From Amoebophrya sp. A120 (taxonomy: Eukaryota; Protista; Dinoflagellata), in assembly GCA_905178155.1 (NCBI GenBank), contig CAJINV010000005.1, forward strand, positions 1,576,438-1,640,437: a stretch of DNA of 64,000 nt, read 5' to 3'. Below the pieces are notes generated by a model. The model searched no databases and had not been told where the DNA came from. It saw nothing but the letters and a program-made list of their open reading frames with translations. Of the stretch, positions 35,297 through 47,835 are shown one piece after another. How positions within the stretch are numbered: the stretch's first letter is position 1; each line of letters begins with the position of its first letter. A program made the position numbers and the translations under genes.

Positions 35297-38200
35297 TCAG
35301 CTCCCGTCATCATCATCGTCGTCCACTACCAATAACACATCGTCATCCAGTGCAGCATCAGATTCAGACTGAGACATCATCATCCCGCAGCTGCCCACTT
35401 CCTCGTCCTCGTCTGATGAATGCACCTCGAGCTGATCCCGGTCCTCGTTCTCGTATATGTCCGAGTCCGAAATCTCGATCACTTCTATTTCGGGTCTGCT
35501 GGTGTAGTTCTCTCTTGCAATAGACGTAGCAGGGGAGGTAATTTGGACTTTATTGTCCTGTGGTCCCGCCGCCGGGGGCTGTAATGCTTTTTCGGCATCT
35601 CGTTCTTCCTCTTTCTGGACCATTTTTCCTGCAGCTGCTTCGTCCTCACTATCATCCTCTCCAGTCAGGTCAATCAACAAAGGAGGCTCCCTGTTGAGAA
35701 CATTCCCGACAAAGGCAAATCCAGGAGCGTGGGGAGGGCGTGGTCGTGTGCCAGCAGGGCCTGACTGTTGTTGATTCGCGACTGCACTATGACCACTTAT
35801 GATCCCTCGATTTTGGTTCTCATCACTGGCAACAAAACTTGCTGCAGGCTGTGGCCGTGGCACAACTAGGGCACCACTTGGTCCTGCAGCTGCCTGCTGA
35901 TTCGCCGCGGCTATCACGTTTGCGAAAATGTTATCCACCTCGCTACCACTGTTTGGTGCTGAAGATCCGACGCCCGAAGAATTTATTATTATTTTGGACT
36001 TTGACGCCTGCTGCGACGAGGAAGACCCACCACGACCTGCACTTGTTGATACAAAGAAATCGTGGGCCGTAACTGAATTCGACTTCGGCTGAAGCAGCGT
36101 CTTCGGCGCACCTGTTGATGAAGCGGTAGATGCTGCGACATGATTTTTGATGTTGATGTTGTGCTGAAGAACCCCTGCAACTTGGCTCCCGTGGTCATCT
36201 TCCTTCTTCCGGATTTTTCTGCTCAGCGCGGCTTCCACCTTCCCAAAAGAGTCATCGTCGTCCGTTCCCCCAAGTACTAGTGCGTGGTCCGAGCCTCTTT
36301 CAGGATTCGAGCTCTCATCTTCGCTCCCCGCTAGAAGATCCGGAAACATGTTGGGACGCTTGTTGCCACGAAATGCTGGCGCGTTTTTGGTGAGAGCTGC
36401 GCTGCCCAAGCCCGTTGCGAAATTCCGCACATTTTTTCTTACTGCGGTGGATTTCTTTTCCCCATTTTCGCCGAAGGAAAACACTTGCAGCTGGTTCGCC
36501 TTTGGTTTCGCTGCTCCTTTCCTCATCGGCGGCCTTTCCTCCGTCTCCGCGAACTGAAAGTCCTGCTGCTTATCATCACCCACACCCATCCTACTTCCAC
36601 CACCGTGATTCCTGTCGTTCTGCCCGGTTCTGCTACCGTGCTTCTGGACGATCTTTCTCGCCTCGCTCCGCACCGCGGTATGTTTTTTCAACGTGTGCAT
36701 CCTGTCCATGGCGTAGCGCCTGGCCAGCCGCTCGTCCGCGATCGGGAAGTTATGGTAGATCGTGTTCTCGTCCGTGAGAAAGTGTGCGTGAAAAGCCAAA
36801 ACCTGTGCCTCGAGGAGCACGCTGAGATCCTGGAGAAGCAGCTCCGTTTCTCGTTCCTGCTGTAGAACCACTTCGAGGCTTGCTTTTTCATGTTCGACGC
36901 CACTCAGGGCGGGGAACGAAGTCGGCTGCTCTTGCTTCGTTTTGTTCACAGCTGTTTTATTTCCCTTGCTTTTCTTCTGCCGGTCCTTGTGCTCCTTGTC
37001 GGCGTTCCACCAAGCGGCAGCAGCATCTGGGTCGTGCTCAGTCCGCGCCCAGGGCTGGTGGACGGATCGAGAGGGTTTCGTCTTGTCTTGCTTCTCCCTC
37101 GTCTTCGCGGCGGCCCCGGCGGCAGCCCTCGCTTTCGTTGCGGTCTTTCTCTGTCCCGCCTTCGCCTTTGGTTGTTTTTGCGCTCTTTCCAGATCGGCTG
37201 CTGCTGCGGCCCCCGCGGTGGCGTCTTTACTTATTTGCACGATTCGAACTCCGCTCCTACCATGTGCAGAAATACCTGCAGTAGTCGGAAAAACCAAAGT
37301 AGAACTTGTCGCGCCACCTACAACTCCTGTACTCGTCGTGGAACTGCTAGACAAGGAGACCCCTTGCTCGTTTGGCCGCCCATAATTATAGGCCTGCTCT
37401 CCTGTCGCGGCTGCATTTTCATTGTTCATATTATTCTTCATCGGTTCTTCACCTTCATGCGGCCGTGCCGGTAGCCACCTTTTCAAAAATCGGCCGTCGG
37501 GATCCTGGTCTTCGGACTGCTTAATCGGGTTGTAGCATCGGATCGTGTTGATGCCCGTCGTCCCGGCTTGCATCTGCACCTGCGGATAGTGAATCCCCGG
37601 CTCGTAGTCGGTGAACAGGCGTGCGAGGTGGATGGCCACCGGGCGCCAGTGCAGCCACAGGTGGAAGGTCGCGAAGCTGCACAGCATCGCGCGCATCCGA
37701 AAGTTCACCCACCCGGTCTCGGTCAGCGCCCGCATGCACCCGTCGACCATGGGGTAGCCGGTGGTGCCGGAGGCCGGGATATGATATGGGAAAATGAAAT
37801 CACCTCAGTGTTCACCATCTTGTTGCCACGGCCCCCGATTGGATACTACAATTTGTGGTCATAGTACGCCCAGTACCGCCTAGTTCTATGCAAAGGGCAA
37901 GGATAGTATAGAAGCTAAGGGAAGTACTTACCACAAAAAATACCAGGTGAAAAAATCGGTGGCGAAGAAGATGAAGATGGCTTTCGCTTTTTTTCTCTTT
38001 TGATTTTTCGCAAAGGATAACAGTGGAGAAATTTCAGCTTGTCGACAAGCACGGAACGATCTTGCTCCACTTGACCATAATGTTGACCGCTTGAAGATGA
38101 AGTTTGGATCGGTGGTATCCGTACTATCGGAAGCTTTGTCTGGGAAATAAAAAGTCCATGCGCGCTATTTGTGCCTGTCGCACTAGTGTCACTCGTCCAG

Positions 38201-40557
38201 GAAGCTGATTCACCTTCTGCTGCAGGAGCTGCGTTTTTGCGGAAAAGTTCTTCACTCTCCCGCCGTACGACAGCCACTGGATTGTTCGCCCTGAACGCAG
38301 CGGCCTTCTGCCCGTCGATGCTGCCAAGAATGGCATCGAGAAGACGCGAAGATGAAGGTGGGTGCGACGATGATGGTCCTCTCGGCATCTTTTCCCCACA
38401 GTAGAAGTTGCCAACATGTTCTTGCTCGTCCAGATGCACGTCGTTGTTTGCGTCCGCACTAGCCATAGGGTGTGCTGACGAAGCCCAAAAAGTCTTCTTC
38501 CCCGCGACCCATCCCACGGCCCACTGCGAGATCGCCACGGCCTCAGCATCCGTGATTGCGTTTTCCTCGCGGATACCATTGTAGCCCGAGTGCAGGTTGC
38601 GAAACTCCAGTAACGGTTCGTCCTCCAGCTTCTGCCCAAAGTGACAGTGCCAACGCAATCTGGACGCGAAACTGTTCAGGTCGCGGCCGTTGACCGCGGA
38701 GGGGACTGATGCAGTAGCAGTGGTCGCGCTTGTTGTTTCACTTCTACCATAATCTTGACCTTGACCTTGAGGCCGCTTGTTTCTCGTTTTGTTGTTCCCG
38801 TTTTTCTTCTCTTCCGCTATTTTCCCACGCTTTTTCTCCGTGGCTTGAAAGACTTCCCGAAGACTGATCGTGCCAAAAGCCAGGTGTGGCGACAGTCGCG
38901 CACAGCCTTCCCACGCGGTAATGGGCGAACTAATGTTGCGGCTGTAGTTGGACGCCCGTTCCGCCAGGAAGCTTTCCAGCATCCAGATCGCGTTGCGACG
39001 GCCGCCCTTCTGCAGCGCGATGCAGTGGTCATCGACAAGGTCGAAAGCGGACGGAGGCGGAAACCAGGAGGAGGACGGTGTGGAATTTGATCCTCTCGTA
39101 GAAGTTGCAACATCTTTTGCAGGAGCACCTGAGGGGGCTACAGCCCGTCCTGTCAGCCCCGTGTTCTGCAGCAGGTCTTGCGAGACCTCCTCTCTGGCAG
39201 CAGCCGGATCGTCATCTTTAGGCCGCGTCTGCTCTTTCCTGGCACAAAAACTACCGAATTGCACATCCCCGCACGCTGCGTAAACTTCCTGAAACGTCGA
39301 CGCCGCACGGTGGCTTTTGTCGCATACTTCTGTTGACGAGCGAACATTTTCATCCTCATGGGTGTTCTTCGGATGGGCATTGCATTTGTTCTCGGAGTTG
39401 TCAACACCTGTCTGCCCCTCGAGGGAGCACCCAAACCTGAATGCGGACAACCCCTGTTCTGGTACGCCGCCGGGACAGATGACCTTCCTAATGTCAAGCA
39501 CCTTTTCGCGCATGAAAATTTCCCACTGTTTTGCCCAGCCGTCTCGGTTTTTCAACCTTCGCACCACCCCGGTTTGTCGCGGCTCTCTCCACCTGATGCC
39601 GTGTGCGTCCTATGCAAGAGGACAAGTCGTAATTCATCACTTTTATATGCCGCACACATAGCAAACGCAACACAAACTTATTTTCCGGCAAGAGGCTGCA
39701 GCTCCAGGCCGACGACGACATTTGTCTTCGTGGTGATCAGTAATAAGGGAGACGAACGCCCGATAAAGTGATCTGTTTATATCGTATGGCCCCCCTTTTT
39801 CGCCGACGCCGAAACTCGCAAAAGCCCCCCTTTTTTTTTGATATGCAAAGGAAATGCAACTGAAGAGGACCTGGCCCCTATGCATTGCCACGTCGTGCGG
39901 GTGATGAAATTCAGAACTCAAATTTACACCGGATAACTTGCAAAACCTCCGAACTTTCCGGTCGCGCTGGTAGGTCCAGTAGTTCCACGTTTCTTGGTGA
40001 GAGTAGAGCGTCTGCACAGAAAACCCGTTTTCCTGGAAGGAACTCCGCAACGCTTCCAGGGTCTCCACAACTTCGCCGACTTTGAAGAACAGCTGGAGCC
40101 CTAGCAACTGCTGCAAATCCTTCTGTAATTCCCTCACGCAGTCTTGCAGAAACAAGTAGTGCCGTCGTGAGAGATCCGGACACGTTTTCCACAGCGTGGG
40201 TTCCAGAATGTAGACGGGAAGCACAAAGTCATGATCTTGCTGGATTTGTGTTCTAGTACCGGGCACTCGGGACGGAGGGAGGTTTTTGTGTACGCTACTT
40301 GGTGCGAAGTCGACGTGATGATGGCCGTCCTCTGTTTTTCCTGCTGCTGACGTTGTCGACCTCGACGCCAAGGCCTCCCAGAGCGGGGCGTGGTCGTGGA
40401 CACGGAGGTCCCGCTTGAACCACACGAGGGCGACGCGTTTCGGGTTTTTACCCGAAAAGTGTATTGCTTTGGTGCTGCTAGTACAACTGGTAGCCCCAGA
40501 TGATGAGCTGCTCGACGAGGTGGACGCGCCGGAGTTTGCGCAGGCGGGCATCAACAT
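35297..40557 (-). CDS. DNA photolyase/cryptochrome family protein with large low-complexity insertions and tail, 4 exons
   Basis: LVWFKRDLRVHDHAPL, ARLSPHLAFGTIS, SRLRWHCHFGQK, GTTGYPMVDGCMRAL, NFRMRAM, DYEPGIHYPQVQMQAGTTGINTIRCYNP, DPDGRFLKRWLP. Confidence 0.92.
37775..37863 (-). mobile_element. 89-nt TAT...ATA(+5) intron with no remaining TSD
   Basis: TATGA...TCATA. Removal gives RYWAY|ASGTTGYP, collinear with the photolyase consensus RFxAWxxGxTGYP. Confidence 0.75.
37882..38019 (-). mobile_element. Tentative TAT...ATA(+5) intron before an 18-nt micro-exon
   Basis: In-frame join KLKFLHC|RRYWAY. The TIR is weak. Confidence 0.45.
39606..39935 (-). mobile_element. TAT...ATA(+5) intron with no remaining TSD
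   Basis: Removing 330 nt gives RDRKVRRFCK(S/A)HGIRWRE..GVVRRLK, which matches the family. Confidence 0.7.
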
Positions 40558-41480
40558 TTGCTTAGCACTTTACTTACCTCCAAGTCCACCAAAAATCACG
40601 ACTCTAGCACAAATCCGAATGGGAGCTCTAGTACTAGAGCGCAGCAAGAATGAAGAAAGCCAAGAAGTACGGGAACGGGGGATGTCCTAGTGGACGGGGT
40701 TCCCCGAGAGGGGAATCGGAATAAATCATGTACATTGCATGCGTACAATCTACAATCACGAGGTTTTGGTGAAAAAAAAAATCGGTATTTAGAATTAGAT
40801 TTACATCCAAAAATAAGTAGAAGACAGTATAGGAAAGCAAGAGGCTGAGGTCCTGGAAGATTTCTTGCGACAGCATGAGCACTCTCAGTTTCTACCGTGT
40901 GGCGATGACGATGTTGGTGTTTCGGTCACCTTCACACCCCAAGCTGCAGGTAGGACGAAGTAGAAGTACTACAACTCTTCTTCTGCTCCGCCCTTGTTTC
41001 TTGAAAGGCAAAGGAGGACTCTGGTATACGTATAGTTTCCCCACCACCTTCAGCTGTGTTGGTTCGTTTCGGATCTTCTCTTGATGATGATGATCTCGTA
41101 CTAGAAAAACCAGAGTACAATGGCGTAAAAATATGCTTATGCAGTCAAGCTGGTGCTTTATTGATTTTCAACACAAATTAATGTGTCGTTCGCCATTTCA
41201 TTCTAAATTCGTTGCGTCTTCACAATCGACCACCAGCTAACAAGAATGCAGGAGCTGCTTCAGTCGTAGTTGTACCAACGCAAGTGGCATCGACAGCACT
41301 CGACGAACACTCCACTTCGACTTCAACAAGAACACGAAGAGAAACAGATGTGCGACTTTTTTACCTACTTATTTTGCGCGCCGGCGCTGATAGATTAGTG
41401 ATGCACTTTTACTTTTGATTTTGATGCAGCTTGCTTCTTGTGCTCTAGGAGATATCGAGGAGTAGATTTTCTTTTCTTGG

Positions 41481-43602
41481 TCAGCAGTAGTTTTTATCCA
41501 CATGATCCAAGTAGCTCCAGATGGTTTCCTCAGAACTAGAGCTGCTGTTTCCACCGCCGGAACTCGCCCTACTCCGCTTCTGTTCCCTCTCCTGCTCCAT
41601 TCTTAATTGCTGTGGCGATTTCCGAAAATGGTCGTTCACCTGCATCGCTAGGATATCAACAGTAAAGTGCACCGTACAGATACACAACGCGCCCTTGCAT
41701 GACAAAGCGAATAAAGCTCCTGTTCTTACTGTTACAAGTTTACACAGGATTCACAGAAAATTGCCTGCTTTTCGTTCGCCACAATACCATAAATACATGA
41801 TGCATTTCTCCTGACTGTCTCTGTCACGCCTTGTAGTACCAGTACGGTGAAATAGAAGAAGTACTATCTCATAGACGACGAGAGAGGTGACCAAGCCGAA
41901 GTACCCCGCGGCGATGCCAAACTTCTGGGTATTCGGTATGTTGAAGAACCCCGGCGGCCGGTCCACGGGATCGAAAAAGCGCTGGTAGGTCGAGAAACAG
42001 CCCATCAGCAGCGTTATGTACAGCATGGGCGCGGTGGGCATCAAATAGATTAGCCCCGCGTTGCCGGCCAGGCCGCAAATCAGAAACCCGGGATGCAGTG
42101 CCCCCAGAATGCGGCCACCGTCCATCTGCCCCACGGGCATCAGGTTGAACAGATTGATCAGAAACCCCCAGTGGGCGAGGGCGAACGCGAGCTGGGACCC
42201 GGTCTGCAGCCCGTACAGAAAGGGCGCCACGGCCGCGAGGGAGCCGAGAACCGGGCCGGCGATCCCAATCAAAGCCTCGTGGGTGGCGTTCTTCGGTTGG
42301 TCCCGCATCTCCACGGCGGCGCCCATAAAGGGGAGAAACACCATGGGGCCGACGGGCACCTTCAGGTACCTGAATGACAATGATAATGAAGTGGATAAAC
42401 ATAACCGTAACCCTAGGTGAGCATGGCGGGCGATTTTTCATTTTCTCAAGTAGAGGTCGGCGAACTGAATGTAAGACACAGTCTGCGACTGAATCTGAAA
42501 CATACAAATAGAAATACCTCATCATCAGAGCGTGGCCCATTTCGTGCACGAAGATGAGGGAAATCATGCCCAGCCCGTACTGCCACCCGAACACGTACGC
42601 GTAGGCGAAGCTGCTCAAGACAAGCGACAGCAGCGGGCCCATCTTCGACAACTTCAGGAGCGGTATGGCAACCTTCAGCCCCGGCAGCACCTTGACCGCG
42701 GCGTACCCGGCCGCGCCGACACCGAGGACCCGCTGCCAAAACCCGCCGCCGGTCGAGTCCTTGCGGTCAAATTGGTCACGGTTTGATCCGGAGCTTTTCC
42801 GCGCAAAGTGGCGCGCTTGTTCAAGATGCAGAAGTTGATGGTGTGCAGGGAGAAGGCCGCCCGCTTTGGTTTTCAACATGATCGAGGTAGTTCTGTCCCT
42901 CCTTATCAACTCGTCGTCATCGGGTGAAGCAGCCACGCAGGCTAGAAAGCCTCCAGGTGGGCTAATCCTTGTTTGTCGGTGTGGCGTGGCCAGTGCGGCA
43001 TTCATTCCGGGTGGAACGTCCTTGTGGTGAGGCGGCCCCTCGTACTGTAATGGTGGTCGCGCAGCTTGTCCACCAGCGCGGGCCGCTGTGCTGTAGTTCG
43101 CGTTGTTACAACTGCCAGTCGATTGTTTCCCGTACAGCACCGAGCGCAAGGTCGCAGGAAACTCTTTGAAACTTGGATAACGAGAATCAACAAGGGATTC
43201 CGGCGGCGACTCGTCCACCCACTCCTGCTCCCGTCGCGGTCCTCGTCGTCCACCAATGTTGGGTACGTTACTTCCACTCCCGCTCGACGTCGACGAGGTA
43301 GAGCACGACGACGGCGCAGAGGATGAACTACAAAAGCACCTGCTCTGAAGAAACCTCCGCCCTTGGCTGGGGGCGCGTGCGTTAGCATCAAATGCACCAG
43401 AATTCCATCGCCTGGTTGTTGACGTACTAGTCGACGCACTGTAATGCTTGCGTAGTACCAGTCGACAGGGCAACTCGGCTGAACGGGGAAGAGACCAACG
43501 GGGCCTCCTCCTCGTCAGGTCGTGGGTTAGCTTTTGCATCAAACCAGAGTTCTTCACAGTCGCACTACGAACGGGCTGCGCGTGCGCGAGGAGGGTTTGC
43601 AT
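41481..43602 (-). CDS. Site-2 protease (M50 intramembrane zinc metalloprotease) with a long organelle-targeting-like N-terminus, 3 exons
   Basis: HEMGH, IAGP, NLFNLMPVGQMDGGRI, TM helices. GT-AG intron ~42366-42517 and TAT...ATA intron 41649-41873. Confidence 0.9.
41649..41873 (-). mobile_element. TAT...ATA introner intron (TSD TCGTC/TCCTA)
   Basis: In-frame join TSLVV|AMQVNDHFRK. Contains GCATGACA. Confidence 0.7.
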
Positions 43603-44574
43603 TTTCTTGTACAATTTCGCTTTACTTCTAGTTGGCCGCAATTACGAGAGGAGAACGAGAAACCTGAGAGGTAAAACCATACGAGACAAGGAAACAAAAT
43701 CCATCATCTCTCCAATAAATATTTTTTCGTGTCTCAACTAATTTTCGCTATCCTACCGGGAAAAAAAGCAGAGAGGGAGAACACGATGAGTCTCTGTATT
43801 CGAGTCTGAAGATCAACATATTCTGCGTATTCGATTCCTCGAAACAAGAAATGTATCACAATCCCAATCCGTATCTTCAGATAGAAAAAGTTATTCTCTC
43901 TCGGAATCTGCACGGAAACCATATCATTCCCATTGGCCTCTGGTATCCTCTTCCTCCATTGATCTAGGTACTGGCGGGGGTTTACGGCTCAGTATTCATT
44001 TCCAGGTTTAAGTTACTCACTTAAGTTCAGACTAGTAGATGCAACTGTCAAGGATAAGGAAGTTCTACATAAGTGGCTCAAAAAGCTTTGCCTTCTTTTC
44101 GCCGAAAGATGTGAAACACAGGCAAAACAAAAGCTCAAACAGATCCCGATTTCCCGGTGGTTGGAGGTCAAACTACAACTAGGCCTAGACGATACAGTCG
44201 AGCTCATCTATATTCATTTGGCAAAAATTCAGGTCTGCTCGAGCGCCTACTTTTTGATTTCATTTCATCCGGAGTGGTCAATACCTTTTTTCTAGTTTCT
44301 TTGTCGGCCTATTTGCCTACTATTTATACCGATTTATTACGAAAGTCAGTGCGAAACAAAAACGAAACGAAGTTCAAGAGCTCCTGCTCGACGTTGCGGT
44401 AACCACAAACACAAATGCAGTTCTGCAAAATCATTAAAGTTAAAACAAAATCTCTTAGTACAGTCCTCGAGTAAAAAACTCGTCGTCCTTCACGATTGTG
44501 ATTGAATTCCTCCTCCACAAAAATTCTGGCAGCCCATCCATCCGGTCCAGGTTATCGTCCTCGTCCCAAAGTGG

Positions 44575-47500
44575 TCATGGAGTGTCAAGCTCATCTTCAA
44601 CTTCTTCATCAGTCGCTATCCGTGCGCCTTCAGGAGCAGGGCGAGTGGTCCCTGCGTCAAGCAGCGAAGGTATCATGTTAATTGCTGTGTGAGTTGTAGG
44701 CTGGAGCACACTGCTGCTACTCGTTGAAATAGTTTCGGCGAGCCGTTCTAGACAGTTACTTGCTGTGGACAGTTGTAATCGCTGCTCTTGTCCAACAGTA
44801 GACGACATCTTCCCGGCGCTGGAAGCACTGGCGCAAGAAAAACTGCTGGTCGTAGACGTCTTCAGACGCTTCGCAGCTCGGTCTGCGACATGAGAAGGCG
44901 ACAGAGAGATATGCTGGCCCTGCTCCTCAACAGCACTGTCGATGTGGTGCACTCCGCGCTTGTTGCTTGATCGCGCTTGATGTTCTGTCGCAACAGCAAC
45001 AGAAACACAATTACCTTCGCCCACATCTTCCTCCAAGATGTGGACAAACCCATTTTGGATCCAGATTTGCTTCTGGGCTGCCATTTTGGTCAGCACACTC
45101 TCCAACTTCACGCTACTCATGCTCGTCTCGTCGCGCACCGTTTTTAACACCGTGTGCAGCGGCACAGCGGTGCTTTCCGCGTCACGCTCCTGCTGTGAAG
45201 CAGACAACAAGCGCAGCGATTGCGAGACGAGCCGCAAGTCATGCTCTGTCACGTTGGAAGCGGAAGACGTAATGTGGTCGCCGACAACTTGCTTTTGCTC
45301 GATGAAAGTGGACGAGGACGGCAAATTCGCAGACGCGCTGCTTGATGCGGGCTGAGAACAAGTAGCGCATTTCTTATTTGCCATCTTCGTGGTCGTGCTG
45401 GGATCTGGTTCTACTTCATCTCTTGCTCCTCCTGCGCTAGTACCAGCTCCGGTTTCCGCAGCACCGGCTGCACTAGTAGCAGCATGTTCATGAGAATCCT
45501 CGCCGAAGCGCACAGCAGCCCCCAGCGCGGTTCTTGCTGCTTCATCCACATAACCATCGGTTGTTCCAACATGGACGCCATCTGGTAGTTGTCCTCCCTG
45601 AGAGCAGGCGTGCGGGTCGACAACATTGCTCTGCGCATCTTTGGCGCTGCCTCTGCTCCGTAGCGCCGCGCATTCCGCTTCGAGAATTCTTACCCGGTGC
45701 GAGAAAAAACGTATCGACTGACGACACGTCTCCGTCTTCAAGGCTGCGCGGTGCGCCTCGTTGGCGGCGACAGCGCGTTCCGCAGCGTAGGCCGCGATCG
45801 CCTTCCTGAGCGCGTGGTTGGGTCGCAATTTTGTGGATATCAGTGCCTTGCCCGTTATCGGCGAAGTTCTGTTGCCAGTCTTGAACCACTCCGAGATGGC
45901 AGATCGGTCGTAGGTGTGGCCGTCCTTCGTGCACACCGGATCTTGCATGACATCGTGCAAAATCGGACAGCGGAAATCTGCCAACATCGGAAACAAAGCC
46001 TCGGGATCGACCGTCGACGCAGTCGTGCTTGCAGAAGGCGCTGCGAAAGCGGCCGCGTCCCGGGCAGTGGCGGCAACCACCTCAAGCCTGGTGTTTTCCG
46101 CGACCTGCCGATACGAAGTTTTGATGCGCCGGACGGTGTCCAACGTTCGCAGTCTGGCGATTTCCTTCTGTTGGTCCTCAATGCGCGTGTTCAGCGGGAG
46201 CGTGCGGAGCCGCCACTCAGATTCCACTCGCTGCGCGCTCAGCTGCCAATGAAGTTCCAGACTTTTCAGGCGCGCCACCTCCGTGTTCGCCGCCTTTCGC
46301 TCCTCTCGCAGCCTGCCGTTGTCCTGGTCTGCCATCTTCACGACGCGGGCGACCTCCTTCCGTAATTCGCTGTTTTCCGTTTGGAGTTTCTTCTCGCGGC
46401 CGCTGCGCTCAAGACAGCTCTGCAGGTTCTTTTCGTTTTCGTGTTTTAGCTTCTGCACCTGTGTGGTAAGCTCCAACTCGCTCCTCCGGAAATTGCTGTT
46501 CTCCTCTTGCAACGCCTTCACAGTTTGCGCATTCTCGCGTCGCATCTTGACGCCCTCGCTTTCCAAGAGTCTAAGGCGGAGCTGCAGCCTCTTGATTAAT
46601 TCAGCTTGCCCGTCCTGTAGTTGCGTGTTCCTGTTCGACGGCGGGACGACCGCACTCTGCAGGTTCTTTTCGTTTTCGTCTTTTAGCTTCTGCACCCGTG
46701 TGGTAAGCTCCGACTCGCTGTTCCTGATTTTACTGTTCTCCGCTTGCAGCGCCTTCAAGTTGTGCGCATGTTCAAGGCGAGAGCTCTGCAGGTTTTCCTC
46801 CATTTCGTCTTTTAACTTCTGTACCTGCGTGGTAAGCTGGGACTCGCTGTTCCGGATTCTGGTGTTCCTCTCTTGTAACGCCTTCACTATGTGCGCTTTC
46901 TCACGTCGCATATTAATGCTCTCGCTTTCCAACTGTTCAAGGCGGAGCTGCAGCCTTTGGATTAATTCAGCTTGCCCGTCCTGTGTCGTATTCGACGGCG
47001 GGAAGACCGCGCGCGCGTCTTTCAGCTGTTTTTTCAGGTTCGTGTTTTCCTCTTGCAGCTTTCGCCTTTCGACATACACTGCTAACCCATCATCGTCCTG
47101 GGCCGGCTCCTGTACGATGGCTTTGCTGGTCGATGCCTGCGCGGTCGACTTCGTTTCCACCGAAGAAGTGCCGGACGGCTGGAAGCTAGTGCAGCCACTA
47201 CCGCGCACCAGCACTGTGTCTAATTGCGCTGCGTGGTTGTTGTGCAGCTTTGCTACGTACTGGCAGTGGCAGTCCACTACTCGCTGCAAGTCTGCGATCG
47301 TCTGTTCGGACTGCGTGACCTTGTGCTGCAGCTGCAGCAGGCGATGTCCGCACAAGTGGGCCGCGTGCCCGGGACCAGCGACCCACTCGAGGCCGTAACG
47401 ACGTCGAAAAAACGTGTCGATTTGGGCCCGTAGCACGAAATTCGGAGCAACTACAGTGGACGGGAACTGCGACCGGGTGAGAGGTGAGATAAGGGCTGCG

Positions 47501-47835
47501 CCAGCCGCAGCTTGTTGTTCGAAATACCGCTTCAGCTGACTGCGTGAGTAGGAGTAGCCGTCGGCTGCCCGCACGGGATCCCACATGATTTCTTGCGAAA
47601 GCGGACACTTAAATGCGGCAGGAATATCGCCGTGTTGTTGTGGCCCGCGCCCGGCGGCTGATTCTAGTATTTCCGCGAGCAGAGCAACAAAAATGCCCTT
47701 CTCCTCTTGCTGCGGCGTCTTTAGCGGCGCAGCTGCTAGAGCTCTCCTCAGTGCGGAGTGGCCGGCGACTTCTGGGGCCTGCATTCCTGCTCGGGATTCC
47801 GTGCCGGCGCTTCTGCTTGACGAGGAAAAGGACAT
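44575..47835 (-). CDS. Double U-box, coiled-coil, winged-helix protein (E3 ubiquitin ligase-like), intronless
   Basis: U-boxes FKCPLSQEIMWDPV..DGYSY..PNFVLR and FRCPILHDVMQDPV..DGHTYDR..PNHALR. WH-like end VLTKMAAQKQIWIQNGFVHIL. Confidence 0.88.
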   Translation of the reverse strand: MSFSSSSRSAGTESRAGMQAPEVAGHSALRRALAAAPLKTPQQEEKGIFVALLAEILESAAGRGPQQHGDIPAAFKCPLSQEIMWDPVRAADGYSYSRSQLKRYFEQQAAAGAALISPLTRSQFPSTVVAPNFVLRAQIDTFFRRRYGLEWVAGPGHAAHLCGHRLLQLQHKVTQSEQTIADLQRVVDCHCQYVAKLHNNHAAQLDTVLVRGSGCTSFQPSGTSSVETKSTAQASTSKAIVQEPAQDDDGLAVYVERRKLQEENTNLKKQLKDARAVFPPSNTTQDGQAELIQRLQLRLEQLESESINMRREKAHIVKALQERNTRIRNSESQLTTQVQKLKDEMEENLQSSRLEHAHNLKALQAENSKIRNSESELTTRVQKLKDENEKNLQSAVVPPSNRNTQLQDGQAELIKRLQLRLRLLESEGVKMRRENAQTVKALQEENSNFRRSELELTTQVQKLKHENEKNLQSCLERSGREKKLQTENSELRKEVARVVKMADQDNGRLREERKAANTEVARLKSLELHWQLSAQRVESEWRLRTLPLNTRIEDQQKEIARLRTLDTVRRIKTSYRQVAENTRLEVVAATARDAAAFAAPSASTTASTVDPEALFPMLADFRCPILHDVMQDPVCTKDGHTYDRSAISEWFKTGNRTSPITGKALISTKLRPNHALRKAIAAYAAERAVAANEAHRAALKTETCRQSIRFFSHRVRILEAECAALRSRGSAKDAQSNVVDPHACSQGGQLPDGVHVGTTDGYVDEAARTALGAAVRFGEDSHEHAATSAAGAAETGAGTSAGGARDEVEPDPSTTTKMANKKCATCSQPASSSASANLPSSSTFIEQKQVVGDHITSSASNVTEHDLRLVSQSLRLLSASQQERDAESTAVPLHTVLKTVRDETSMSSVKLESVLTKMAAQKQIWIQNGFVHILEEDVGEGNCVSVAVATEHQARSSNKRGVHHIDSAVEEQGQHISLSPSHVADRAAKRLKTSTTSSFSCASASSAGKMSSTVGQEQRLQLSTASNCLERLAETISTSSSSVLQPTTHTAINMIPSLLDAGTTRPAPEGARIATDEEVEDELDTP

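Noticed and set aside
43750-43923. Possible TATCC...CCATA element upstream of the S2P gene
   Set aside because: No TSD and no reading frame to test it against.
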